Below, piece by piece: positions 42,242-51,443 of a stretch of 64,000 bases of DNA. Source of the stretch: Acidobacteriota bacterium. Its GTDB lineage: Bacteria; Acidobacteriota; UBA6911; RPQK01; JAJDTT01. The position numbers and the translations under genes are program-made. The notes below the pieces were generated by a model. That model saw only the letters and a program-made list of their open reading frames with translations, searched no databases and had not been told where the DNA came from. The stretch covers positions 128,001 to 192,000 of the forward strand of contig OZ253580.1 in NCBI GenBank assembly GCA_965263035.1, written 5' to 3'. Positions within the stretch are counted from its first letter, which is position 1; every line of letters begins with the position of its first letter.

Positions 42242-42844
42242 ATGAACACCCACCGCCCGGACCCCATCAACAGACTCGTCGACGAGTTGAAGCGCCTGCC
42301 CGGCATCGGCCCCAAATCGGCGCAACGGCTGGTCTTCCACCTGATTCGTAAGCCCGACTCCGAATGCGACCGGCTCGCCCAGGCCATTGGAGATCTCAAG
42401 CGCAGCCTGGTGTTCTGCTCCGTATGCAACCACATCGGCGGTGCCGATCCCTGCTCCATCTGCAAGCAGGCCAATCGAGACCGAGAAACCATTTGTGTTG
42501 TGGAGGAGCCCTTCAACGTGCTCTCCATCGAGAAGACGGGTCAATACCGGGGCCTCTACCACGTGCTCCACGGCGCCATCTCTCCCATCAATGGAATCGG
42601 CCCCGAGGACCTCAAATTGAGGAACCTCTTCGAACGCTTTCGCGACGGCGAGGTCAAGGAGGTCATCGTAGCCACCAACCCCACTAACGAAGGCGAGGCC
42701 ACCGCGCTCTATCTCTCCAAGCTCATCAAACCCCTGGAGATCCGAGTCTCCCGAATCGCGCTCGGCATCCCCATGGGAAGCGATCTGGAGTACACCGACC
42801 AGTTGACCCTGACCCGGGCATTGTCCGGGCGCCAGGCTCTTTGA
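42242..42844 (+). CDS. recR: Recombination mediator RecR
   Basis: LPGIGPKSAQR, C4 zinc finger, YHVLHG, ATNPTNEGEATA. Confidence 0.97.
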   Translation: MNTHRPDPINRLVDELKRLPGIGPKSAQRLVFHLIRKPDSECDRLAQAIGDLKRSLVFCSVCNHIGGADPCSICKQANRDRETICVVEEPFNVLSIEKTGQYRGLYHVLHGAISPINGIGPEDLKLRNLFERFRDGEVKEVIVATNPTNEGEATALYLSKLIKPLEIRVSRIALGIPMGSDLEYTDQLTLTRALSGRQAL

Positions 42845-43086
42845 CCGCCTTCCCTTCGCCGACTGGCGAAGAGCCCTTTTCCCTCATCTGCGCAGGGACC
42901 CGGTAGAAATACATCCTAACCCGGCGTAGCCGGAACCGAGATTGCTTCGCCGGAGCGGCGGCTTTCTGCCGCCGACTCTTCATTTGGCCGCGCCTGGCTC
43001 CGATACAGACCGAAGAGGTCACCCACAAGGGACGCTCCTACGAAAAATCCTTCGTCCAATTGCACAGGATTTTGAGGGTACGGGCC

Positions 43087-43130
43087 AAAAAACAAAAATG
43101 CCTGCACCACCCGGAGGCGGTGCAGGCATT
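43087..43130 (-). terminator. Terminator downstream of the OmpA gene
   Basis: AATGCCTGCACC / GGTGCAGGCATT 12-bp stem plus T-rich tail on the minus strand. Confidence 0.75.
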
Positions 43131-43188
43131 CGGATCACTCAATGGTCACCGGCTCGATGGGACCCCATCCAGCCGTGGAGTCTGGGCC

Positions 43189-44442
43189 TTACGGAACGTA
43201 GAGTTCCACTTCGACCCGGCGATTCTCCTTGCGGCCCTCGCGCGTCTTGTTGTCAGCGGCGGGCATGGATTCGCCGGCGCTCTTGGTGGCGATCCTGGAA
43301 TCGCCGACGCTGTGCTGCGTGGTCAAGTAGGCCTTCGTTCGGTCGGCCCGCTTGGCTCCGGCCCTCATGTTGCCCTTCTCGCTGCCCACTGAGTCGGTGT
43401 GGCCGGTGATCGTGGCCATCAGACTCGGGTTCTGCTGCATCTTGAGGGCGATCTCGTCCAGCTTGGCCTTGGCCACGTTGTTCAGCCGGCCGTTGACCTG
43501 GATGATGATCTTCTCGCGGACCTTGAAGGAGGCCGTGGCCATTCCCTTTCCGCCTCGATCGTCACTGGCCGTGACCGAAACCGCGTGAGAACCGCCGCCC
43601 ATTCCACTGGTGTTGACCGTGGAGGTGCTGCCGGAACCGGACATGCTGCGACCGTTCACCGCCCAAGCGTAGGTGATGGGATCGCCTTCGGCGTCGCTGG
43701 CCTTGGCCGTGGCCATGACCGCTTCACCCATCATGACCTCCGACTTGTTGAGGCTCAGGGTCACCTTGGGATCGGTGTTGGGCCTGCGGTTGAGGTTCAC
43801 GTTGAAGGTGCAGCTGGCCGTCATGTTGTCGGAGTCTTTGACCGTGACCATGGCCTTGTGGGCCCCGACCGAACGGCCGGCGGTCCCGAACTGGAAGCTC
43901 GCCATGTTGCCGCTCACCGAACTCCCGTCGACCTTCCACGAATAAGTCAGAGGATCGTTGTTGGCATCCGATGCGCTGGCCTTCAGCATGACGCTCTTCC
44001 CTTCGGTCACATTCACCATGCTGGGGTTGCAGGAGATCATGGGTTTCTGCTTGTTTTTTTCGACCATGACGTCGATGGAGCAGGTCTCCTGCAGCTTGCG
44101 GTCGTCCAGCTCAGCCGTGACCTGATACGTGCCCGGCTTCAAACCCGTCGAGTCGAAGGTCGCGGACACCGATACCGGAGTGTTGGCATCCTGGTCCAAC
44201 CCGCCTCCCGACACCCTTCCCTGGCTGGCCGACCAGCTGAGTGTCAACTTGTTGCTGTCTCCACCGAAAGTGAATCGGTCGGGATCGGAGGCCTGAACCG
44301 TCAACTGCACGGAACTGCCCTCGACCACGGAAGCTCGACCGGCACCGCAGTCGATCTGGGGCGGACGATTCACACAACCCGTCGCTAACAGAACCGCAAG
44401 ACCCAGCACTGATACCGCCAGGAACCGTTTTCTCCAAGCCAT
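43189..44442 (-). CDS. OmpA-family lipoprotein with three PKD/Ig-like repeats
   Basis: LLATGC lipobox; ASD..DPLTYSW repeats; GHTDSVG..NRRVEV. Confidence 0.9.
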   Translation of the reverse strand: MAWRKRFLAVSVLGLAVLLATGCVNRPPQIDCGAGRASVVEGSSVQLTVQASDPDRFTFGGDSNKLTLSWSASQGRVSGGGLDQDANTPVSVSATFDSTGLKPGTYQVTAELDDRKLQETCSIDVMVEKNKQKPMISCNPSMVNVTEGKSVMLKASASDANNDPLTYSWKVDGSSVSGNMASFQFGTAGRSVGAHKAMVTVKDSDNMTASCTFNVNLNRRPNTDPKVTLSLNKSEVMMGEAVMATAKASDAEGDPITYAWAVNGRSMSGSGSTSTVNTSGMGGGSHAVSVTASDDRGGKGMATASFKVREKIIIQVNGRLNNVAKAKLDEIALKMQQNPSLMATITGHTDSVGSEKGNMRAGAKRADRTKAYLTTQHSVGDSRIATKSAGESMPAADNKTREGRKENRRVEVELYVP

Positions 44443-44576
44443 GACATTCCCCCCTGTGGATAATTTCGATGAACTATACTCAGTGGGCATTATACAGACG
44501 CGGTTTCCAATGTAAATACCCCAACAGAACCAAAAGACCGACGACTTCAAGTCTCTTGTGGAGTACCGCCGCGTGA

Positions 44577-45575
44577 TCAGGTCCAATTGATACAGACACC
44601 GATCATTTCCGCCTCTCCCGAATCCATTTTGGCATAGACGTCTGGCAATTCCTCCCATTCGAACTGGTGGGTGACCATGGGAGCCACTTGCAGGCGTCCT
44701 CGGGCAAGGTAATCCAGTGTCAAATCGAGAGAGCGCCGGCGGTCCCAACGTTGCCCTGCCGGCGGGTAACCGTAGGAGGTCTTCAAGGAAAGATTTTTGC
44801 GCAAGTAAGGATAGTTCACCGGACTGAAGTGGGGCTGGTCGGTGTGGCGCGCCACCACCACGACCCTGCCCCCGGACCGGGCCACGTCCAGGCCCGTCTC
44901 GACGGCCTTCCAGGTGGAGGCCGCCTCGACCACCAAGTCGGCTCCCTCACCACCGAAAAATCCCATGATCCGGTCCGTGAAGTCTTCCTCGGCCGGGCTT
45001 CCGGTCCAGTCGGCTCCCATCGATCGGGCCACCTTCAGACGATTCCGGTCCAGGTCCACGACCGCCGTCCGGCAACCGAAGACGCGGCAAAAAGCCAATG
45101 CCGAGAGACCGATGAGGCCCGATCCGACGATGGCCACGTTTTCCCCGGGCAGGACGTCACCCCGGCGCAGGGCGATGTGAGCCACTTCCATGATGCTCAG
45201 GAAAACACCCAAGTGGTCCGGTAAATCCTCGGGAAGGCGCGTGGCCGCTTCGGCCGGGGACACCGCCATCTGCTTGTGAGGCTGCGGAACGAAAACCCGA
45301 TCGCCGATCCGGAAATCGGAGACGCCGGACCCTGCCTCCACGACTTCTCCCACCATGGAATATCCGTTCTCCACCGGGAACTGCAGCGGGAATCCGGGAT
45401 ACAGGTACTTCTGCTCCCGATCCACGGGAATCCCGCGGTAAACGCGAAGCTCGGTCCCCGTGCTGATGGCGGTCATTCGCGCCCGGACCAGCAGGCCGCC
45501 GGCCGGACAGTCAGGATCGAAAACCTCTTGGAACTGAGCGTTTCGGGGGTCGGTAACGATGAGTCGTTTGGACAT
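44577..45575 (-). CDS. Zinc-binding alcohol dehydrogenase family protein
   Basis: ISTGTE, GYSMVGEV, GSGLIG. Confidence 0.88.
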   Translation of the reverse strand: MSKRLIVTDPRNAQFQEVFDPDCPAGGLLVRARMTAISTGTELRVYRGIPVDREQKYLYPGFPLQFPVENGYSMVGEVVEAGSGVSDFRIGDRVFVPQPHKQMAVSPAEAATRLPEDLPDHLGVFLSIMEVAHIALRRGDVLPGENVAIVGSGLIGLSALAFCRVFGCRTAVVDLDRNRLKVARSMGADWTGSPAEEDFTDRIMGFFGGEGADLVVEAASTWKAVETGLDVARSGGRVVVVARHTDQPHFSPVNYPYLRKNLSLKTSYGYPPAGQRWDRRRSLDLTLDYLARGRLQVAPMVTHQFEWEELPDVYAKMDSGEAEMIGVCINWT

Positions 45576-45658
45576 TTTGAGCTTGTGCCTTTCCCAATCC
45601 CGCACACTATAATGGATCGCCGTTCGTCATATGATCGGCGCGGTTTCAAGGAGGGTCC

Positions 45659-46405
45659 ATGAGTTATCAGGAATACAAGGCGGCCTACAAGCGGGATGGA
45701 CATCTCGTCATCCGGCAATTCTTGACCCAGGACGAGTTCCAGGAACTTTCCGACAACATCGGCCGGTATATCCGGGACGTGGTGCCGGGCCTGCCCCCCA
45801 GCAAGGCGTTCTATCAGGACCCCGAGAAGCCCGAGACCTTGAAACAGCTTCAGGACATGGAGGAAGATCCCTTCTTCCGGGATTTCCTCGATCACCCGAA
45901 GCTGGTCTCTCTCGCCGAAACCCTGGTGGGGGAGCCGGCCAGAGGGAATACGGAATGGTTCAATAAGCCGCCCAACACCCAGCACCCCACGCCGCCTCAC
46001 CAGGACAATTACTACTTCTGTCTGATTCCCTGCAACGTCGTGACCCTCTGGCTCCCGCTGGAGCCGGTCGACGAGGAGAACGGCTGCCTGCGCTACGTCA
46101 CCGGCTCCCACATGGAAGGTTACCGCCCCCACAATCCGACGGAAGTCATCGGCTTTTCCCAGGGGATCACCGACTACGGACCTCGGGACCGGCTCCAGGA
46201 ACACCGGGTGGTGCTGCAGCCGGGCGATCTGGCCGCCCACCATGGGATGATGATCCACAGCGCGGAACCCAACCGCTCCACCCACCGTAATCGGCCGGCA
46301 TTCGCCGTGGTTTTCAAAGGAGTCAGTTGCCGCCGGGACGAAGATGCGGCCCGCCGCTACCGGGAGAACCTCCGAAGGCAACACCAAGAGGCCGGAATGG
46401 CCTGA
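45659..46405 (+). CDS. Phytanoyl-CoA dioxygenase (PhyH) family protein
   Basis: PPHQDNYY, ENGCLRY, PGD..HH..IHSA..N. Confidence 0.9.
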   Translation: MSYQEYKAAYKRDGHLVIRQFLTQDEFQELSDNIGRYIRDVVPGLPPSKAFYQDPEKPETLKQLQDMEEDPFFRDFLDHPKLVSLAETLVGEPARGNTEWFNKPPNTQHPTPPHQDNYYFCLIPCNVVTLWLPLEPVDEENGCLRYVTGSHMEGYRPHNPTEVIGFSQGITDYGPRDRLQEHRVVLQPGDLAAHHGMMIHSAEPNRSTHRNRPAFAVVFKGVSCRRDEDAARRYRENLRRQHQEAGMA

Positions 46406-46428
46406 ACCGGCGGCCGGGTTTCTGGCGG

Positions 46429-48000
46429 ATGATACTCGTATCTGTTCTGATCGGTTTCCTGCTCACCCTGCCGCTCGCGGCTCAGTCCGCGCCCATCTCC
46501 ATCGGTTCCGAGAAACAACTGTTCCTGGACCAGCGGCTGATCCAGTCGAGCCGAAATGTGGAACTGGTGCTGAACCTTCCCGAACAGCCTCGGGAAAATC
46601 TCATCCTCAAAGACCGTCCCTGGGAACAGGGGAGGGCGGGTGGATACGCCCATGTCCTTCGCGACGGCGCCCTCTACCGCATGTACTACAACAGCTTCGA
46701 CCGCTCCTACCGGGTCCGGTATTTCTGTCTGGCCCTCTCTCACGACGGCGTCCACTGGACCAAACCGAACCTGGGCCTGATCCCTTACGCCGGGAACTAC
46801 GACACCAACATCATCGCCTTGGACGTTTTCGGGAGCCCGTTCATCGACCTCTTCGACTCACCCGAGCGTCGCTACAAGCTCTATTCCCGTGTGGGACGGG
46901 CCCGGGGAGAGCGCGATCAGATCATGCAGGGGGACTCGCCGGATTCGGGTTCGTTCTCCTGGCCGCCGGCGCAGGACGCCGATCCCCAGAGCGTCTACCT
47001 CCTGTACTCCGGGGACGGCGTCTTCTGGCAGCGGGAGCCGGAACCGGTGATGCCTTTCTACGTGGGCGCGCCCACCTCGGTTTTCTGGGACGAAGACGCC
47101 GGCGTCTGGGCCATCTATCCCCGGGCCTATCTTCCCGGCAGTCGCGTTCGGGTCTTCAGCCGAACCACCGCCGGCAAGCATGAGCTGGGAGAAGCCTTCG
47201 ACCTGAATCTCATGTCGCCGGCCCGCCGCCGGCTTGAGCAACAGACCGGATCTCGGGTCACAGGTCTCCTGGACGAACTTCCGGTGGCGCTCAAGCCGGA
47301 TCTCGAAGACCCCGATGGAATGCAGGTCTACACCATCTACGCCTACAACTACCCGGCTCAGGACGCGTACGTCGCGTTTCCCAGCATGTGGTATTCACGG
47401 CGCCCCGACGATTTCGAAAGAGTGGACGCCGGGGCAAGCGACACGCTGGAGATTCAATTCACCTTCTCCCGGGACGGAATCCGATGGCAGCGGCCCTTCC
47501 GGCAGCCCCTGGTCTCCCTGGGCTCACGGGGGTCGGCCTGGGAACACCAGATCTACGGAGCCGGACTGGTCGAGAGCGGCGATCGGCTCTATTTCTATTA
47601 CAACGGCCTGCCCAGCGAGCACCTGACCATGGACAAGGCCGCGGACTGGACGTGTGTGACCGCCCGGGCCATCTTCCGCCTCGACGGCTTCGTTTCGGCC
47701 GACGCGGCCTACGAGGGAGGAGAACTCACCACGCCACCCCTCACCTTCACCGGTTCCAGGCTCCAATACAACGCCAAGACCGGGGGCGGCGGCTTCATCC
47801 GGACCGAGATCCTGGATTCCACCGGCGCTCCCATTTCCGGGTTCACCCTGGCGGACTCGGACCGGGTCAACGGCAACAGCGTCCGTCACCTGGCCTCCTG
47901 GAGAGGCTCCGCCGACGTCTCCCCCCTGGCCGGGCAGCCGGTGCGGCTGCGGCTGGTGATGCGGGACACGAAGCTGTTCGCCCTCCAGTTCGTCCGCTGA
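46429..48000 (+). CDS. Secreted beta-propeller glycoside-hydrolase-like protein
   Basis: Signal peptide; KQLFLD, YRMYY, SHDGVHWTKPNLG, SRDGIRWQR, RLDGFVS. Confidence 0.7.
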   Translation: MILVSVLIGFLLTLPLAAQSAPISIGSEKQLFLDQRLIQSSRNVELVLNLPEQPRENLILKDRPWEQGRAGGYAHVLRDGALYRMYYNSFDRSYRVRYFCLALSHDGVHWTKPNLGLIPYAGNYDTNIIALDVFGSPFIDLFDSPERRYKLYSRVGRARGERDQIMQGDSPDSGSFSWPPAQDADPQSVYLLYSGDGVFWQREPEPVMPFYVGAPTSVFWDEDAGVWAIYPRAYLPGSRVRVFSRTTAGKHELGEAFDLNLMSPARRRLEQQTGSRVTGLLDELPVALKPDLEDPDGMQVYTIYAYNYPAQDAYVAFPSMWYSRRPDDFERVDAGASDTLEIQFTFSRDGIRWQRPFRQPLVSLGSRGSAWEHQIYGAGLVESGDRLYFYYNGLPSEHLTMDKAADWTCVTARAIFRLDGFVSADAAYEGGELTTPPLTFTGSRLQYNAKTGGGGFIRTEILDSTGAPISGFTLADSDRVNGNSVRHLASWRGSADVSPLAGQPVRLRLVMRDTKLFALQFVR

Positions 48001-48027
48001 TCGAGCGTCTCTCCGATTCGATCTGAG

Positions 48028-49302
48028 TCAGGCAGCCGGACTCACGTAGGGAATGGTCTGCGGTCCCTGGGGCAGGACGCCGAGGCGGGCGTCGGGACCG
48101 TATTCTTCCAGCAACTCCCGGACGGTGGCTTCCAGGTCCTGGACCGGTTCCAGGTGTGCGCTCCGGATCTGGCGCGGAGTCAACCCGTCCGACTTCAACA
48201 GGACGCGGGCCTTGAGTTGGATCTGGCTCTGGATCTGGACCTGCCACTGGTCGTGCGTGGTGACGTCTTCCCGTTGGATCCTGTCCAGAAAACTGGCGGG
48301 GTCAGCGGTCGAGGCCAGAAGTTTGCGGTACTCACCATGCTCCGGGATCCCGTCGGAGCACTCCGCGGCACAGACGATGGCGCCTCCCCGGCGGACGATG
48401 CGGGCCGCCGCCGACATCCCCTTCACCGACTGATAGAGGTTCAGGTCCAGGGGATAACCGCTGTTGGTGGTCACGACCACGTCGAACGGCCGGGCCACCG
48501 GTTGCATGGCCGTTTTCTGGGCAAAGCGGCAGGCGGACCCGTGGGACTCGAAGATCTCACCCGCGTGCACGCTGCTGATCTCATGGTCCCGATTCAAGGT
48601 GACGTCCAGACTGAAGTCCACGCCGGAGAGCGCAGCGACCTCGCGAATGGCGTCATGAATGGGATTGCCGTGGGTGATCCCCCAGGTGGCTCGCGGATGG
48701 GCGATCAGGGGGGCGCTGTGAAGGTTCATGATGGTGTCGAACCCGGCCAGACCCGGAGCCACCAACTTGGGTCCGCCACTGAACCCGGCAAAGAAATGGG
48801 GCTCCACGAACCCGGTGGTGATCCTCACGTCCGATTCAAGCCAGATCGAGTTGAGCCAAACCGGAATCCCGGAGGGAAGGGTGCCCCGGTAGCTGAGCGT
48901 TTCGGGCCGGAAGGACTGGTGATTGATGACCGGGTAGTTGCGGACCACTTCCGCTCCCAACATGCCCTCCAGTTCCTCCACGGTGTTGGAGCGGTGGGTG
49001 CCGGTGGCCACCAGGATGGAGATCCGGTCCCTGGGCACGTGCTCCAACTCGGCCAGCAGCACGGGAAGAACTCGGGAACTGGGCATGGGGCGTGTGATAT
49101 CGCAGACCGAGATGGCGACGGTCTGGTCGGGCCGCGCCAACTCTCTCAGGGGGAGAGTGCCCATGGGGCTTCGGAAGGCTTTCCGGAGCGCCTCCTCTTC
49201 GCACCGGACCCCCGGGAGATACGAGGGCTCCAGAACCGTCGTCCCCTCCCCGGGAAGCTCCACCACGAGACCGTTCTTACCGTATGCCAACTCAACCCGC
49301 AC
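48028..49302 (-). CDS. larA: Nickel-dependent lactate racemase family protein
   Basis: DITRP, ATGTHR, EPHFFAGFSGGPK, YPLDLNLYQSVKG. Confidence 0.9.
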   Translation of the reverse strand: MRVELAYGKNGLVVELPGEGTTVLEPSYLPGVRCEEEALRKAFRSPMGTLPLRELARPDQTVAISVCDITRPMPSSRVLPVLLAELEHVPRDRISILVATGTHRSNTVEELEGMLGAEVVRNYPVINHQSFRPETLSYRGTLPSGIPVWLNSIWLESDVRITTGFVEPHFFAGFSGGPKLVAPGLAGFDTIMNLHSAPLIAHPRATWGITHGNPIHDAIREVAALSGVDFSLDVTLNRDHEISSVHAGEIFESHGSACRFAQKTAMQPVARPFDVVVTTNSGYPLDLNLYQSVKGMSAAARIVRRGGAIVCAAECSDGIPEHGEYRKLLASTADPASFLDRIQREDVTTHDQWQVQIQSQIQLKARVLLKSDGLTPRQIRSAHLEPVQDLEATVRELLEEYGPDARLGVLPQGPQTIPYVSPAA

Positions 49303-49831
49303 GGATTTCCTCCGATGTCTCTCCCGGGACGGGCCGTCCCGTCCTCCGGGTGGGGCCGCTCTCTCCGACGCCTCGATTCCTCAGGCGGGAAAAAAAGCCT
49401 TGCAGAAGCTGGCGCGCCTCGGCTTCCCGGACGCCCGGCACCACCTCGGGAGCGTGATTGAATCGACCCGGCTTCAACAGGTCGACCCGGGAGGAAACGG
49501 CTCCCGACTTCAAATCCGGTGCGGCGTAGACCAGACGTCCCACCCGAGCCCAGATCAGGGCGCCGGCACACATGGCGCAGGGTTCCAGCGTCACATAGAG
49601 GTGAGTGCCGGTCAATCGGTAGTTGGACAGGAGCTCGCCCGCTCTTCGCAGTACCAGGATTTCCGCGTGGGCCGTGGGGTCGGATCTCTGGATGCTCCGG
49701 TTGTGGTCCCGGGCCAGAAGCTCTCCCTCGTGCACCAACACGGCTCCTACCGGCACTTCTCCCTCACGGGCGGCCTGCCGGGCCTCCTCCAGGGCGATCT
49801 CCATCCAGCGATCCACCGCACTCTGTCCCAT
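49292..49831 (-). CDS. tadA: tRNA adenosine(34) deaminase
   Basis: GEVPVGAV, DPTAHAEI, TLEPCAMCAGA. Confidence 0.92.
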   Translation of the reverse strand: MGQSAVDRWMEIALEEARQAAREGEVPVGAVLVHEGELLARDHNRSIQRSDPTAHAEILVLRRAGELLSNYRLTGTHLYVTLEPCAMCAGALIWARVGRLVYAAPDLKSGAVSSRVDLLKPGRFNHAPEVVPGVREAEARQLLQGFFSRLRNRGVGESGPTRRTGRPVPGETSEEIRAG

Positions 49832-49957
49832 CGGAGCCCCTCCTGACGATCGGATTCGACCTGAGCCAGGATAGCAGCCTGTGGTGAGCCACCGGAATTG
49901 GCGCCCTTGTGCCGGACTCGCCTCACGGTTGGGGCAGCGATCGCCGGCCGGCGGCTC

Positions 49958-50120
49958 AACAGTCCGTGGTGAAAGTCCCGCGAGCACCGAGACCGTTCCT
50001 GCGCCCGCCGGACAAGGCGCGATGCGGGAGCATACCGGGAGTATGTGAGCCGATAGCAACGCAGTCCGCGCACGATGCAGGGACGGTCGAATGCCGTGAC
50101 GACTTTTGCCACGGGCTGTC
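49958..50120. mobile_element. MITE family 4 with ends like the element at 23694-24767
   Basis: ACAGTCCGTGGTGAAAGTC / GACTTTTGCCACGGGCTGT termini; internal hairpin CATAC-CGGGA-GTATG. Confidence 0.7.
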
Positions 50121-50200
50121 AACACCGTGCGATTTGCAATGATCCCGCAAGGCTGGCATAAAATCGATGTCCGGAAACTGCCGAGACGCCCTCACAATTC

Positions 50201-51109
50201 ATGACAGTCCCCCGAATTGCAACGCTCATCCTGACCGCACTCCTGGCCTCGTGCCAACGTTCGACCGAGACCGTCACCTTTTTCCACACCGCGAGTCTGT
50301 CTCCCCTGGTCGAGACCGTCTCCAAGCGGTTCGAGAGCATGCATCCGGACGTCGTGGTGGTGGGCGAGTCCGGGGCCGGGCTGGACATCATCCGCAAGTT
50401 GTCGGGCCAGGCACCGGGCCCGGATCTGCTGGCGATTTCGGACCGGCGGCTGCTGGAGCGGCTCCTGGATTCCGGCACCGTGAGCCGCGCCTTCGAGTTC
50501 CTGGGGAATGACGTGGTGCTTGCCACCCGGGACCCCGAAATCCTGAGTGCGACCCGGCTCTCGGGACGTTCCCACCGGCGCTGGCATGAAATCCTTCTGG
50601 AGCGGGATTATTCCTACGGGATCGCTGATCCCGACCGGGACCCACCCGGTTACTGCGCGCACCTGGTGTGGAAACTGGCCGAGATCCACTATGAACGTCC
50701 CGGTCTCTACCGGCGGCTCCTGAATGGGCTGGATTCGCGCTGGATCTGTCCTGAGTCCGGCGAGCTGGTGGCGCTGCTTCGGGCCGATGTCCTGGACCTG
50801 GCTTTTCTCTACCGGTCCACGGCGCTCCAGAACGATCTGGCCTTTCTGGATCTGCCTCCCCAGATCTCTCTCGGGGAAATGCCCTATCGGGAGGTCTACT
50901 CGCAGGCCACTCTCCGGGTCACCGGTGCGGGTCCCGATTCCATGGCCGAGATCAGCGGCGCGCCGATACGGTACGGCGTGGTCCTGACGCGGGAGAGCAA
51001 TCCGTGGGCCGAACGCTATCTGAACTACCTTCTGAGTCCCGAGGTCCAGGCCCTCTACCGGGAGTTGGGCTACCGCAACGTGCCGGTGACCGAGATTCCT
51101 CCCTGGTAG
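50201..51109 (+). CDS. Molybdate/tungstate ABC substrate-binding lipoprotein (WtpA/ModA-like)
   Basis: LLASC lipobox; FHTASLS, ADPDRDPPGY, AFLYRS, GAPIRYG. Confidence 0.8.
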   Translation: MTVPRIATLILTALLASCQRSTETVTFFHTASLSPLVETVSKRFESMHPDVVVVGESGAGLDIIRKLSGQAPGPDLLAISDRRLLERLLDSGTVSRAFEFLGNDVVLATRDPEILSATRLSGRSHRRWHEILLERDYSYGIADPDRDPPGYCAHLVWKLAEIHYERPGLYRRLLNGLDSRWICPESGELVALLRADVLDLAFLYRSTALQNDLAFLDLPPQISLGEMPYREVYSQATLRVTGAGPDSMAEISGAPIRYGVVLTRESNPWAERYLNYLLSPEVQALYRELGYRNVPVTEIPPW

Positions 51110-51443
51110 CGCTTGGCGGAAATCGCCACCGGGTGTGGTCGGCAGTCTCACTCATTCCGAGGAAAGAGAAAAGAGGAATAGAGAAAAGAGTGAAGATAGG
51201 CGCATAGTTTACGCGTAGCGGGCACCTCAACCGAAATGATCTCTTCAGGGATACCGGAGCCAGATTGGTTCGACGCCCTGTTTCTCCCATGTATCCGCCG
51301 GGGCCCAGCCGGTGAGGGTGCTTTCCTCTTTTCTCATTCCCTCTGTTTCAACGAAGAGGAAAGAGGCTGTGTTCGTCCAGTCGGCCAGATCTCCCTTTTG
51401 AAACCTTCTTCCCGACACCTCTTTGGGGTAAAGTGACGCCACC

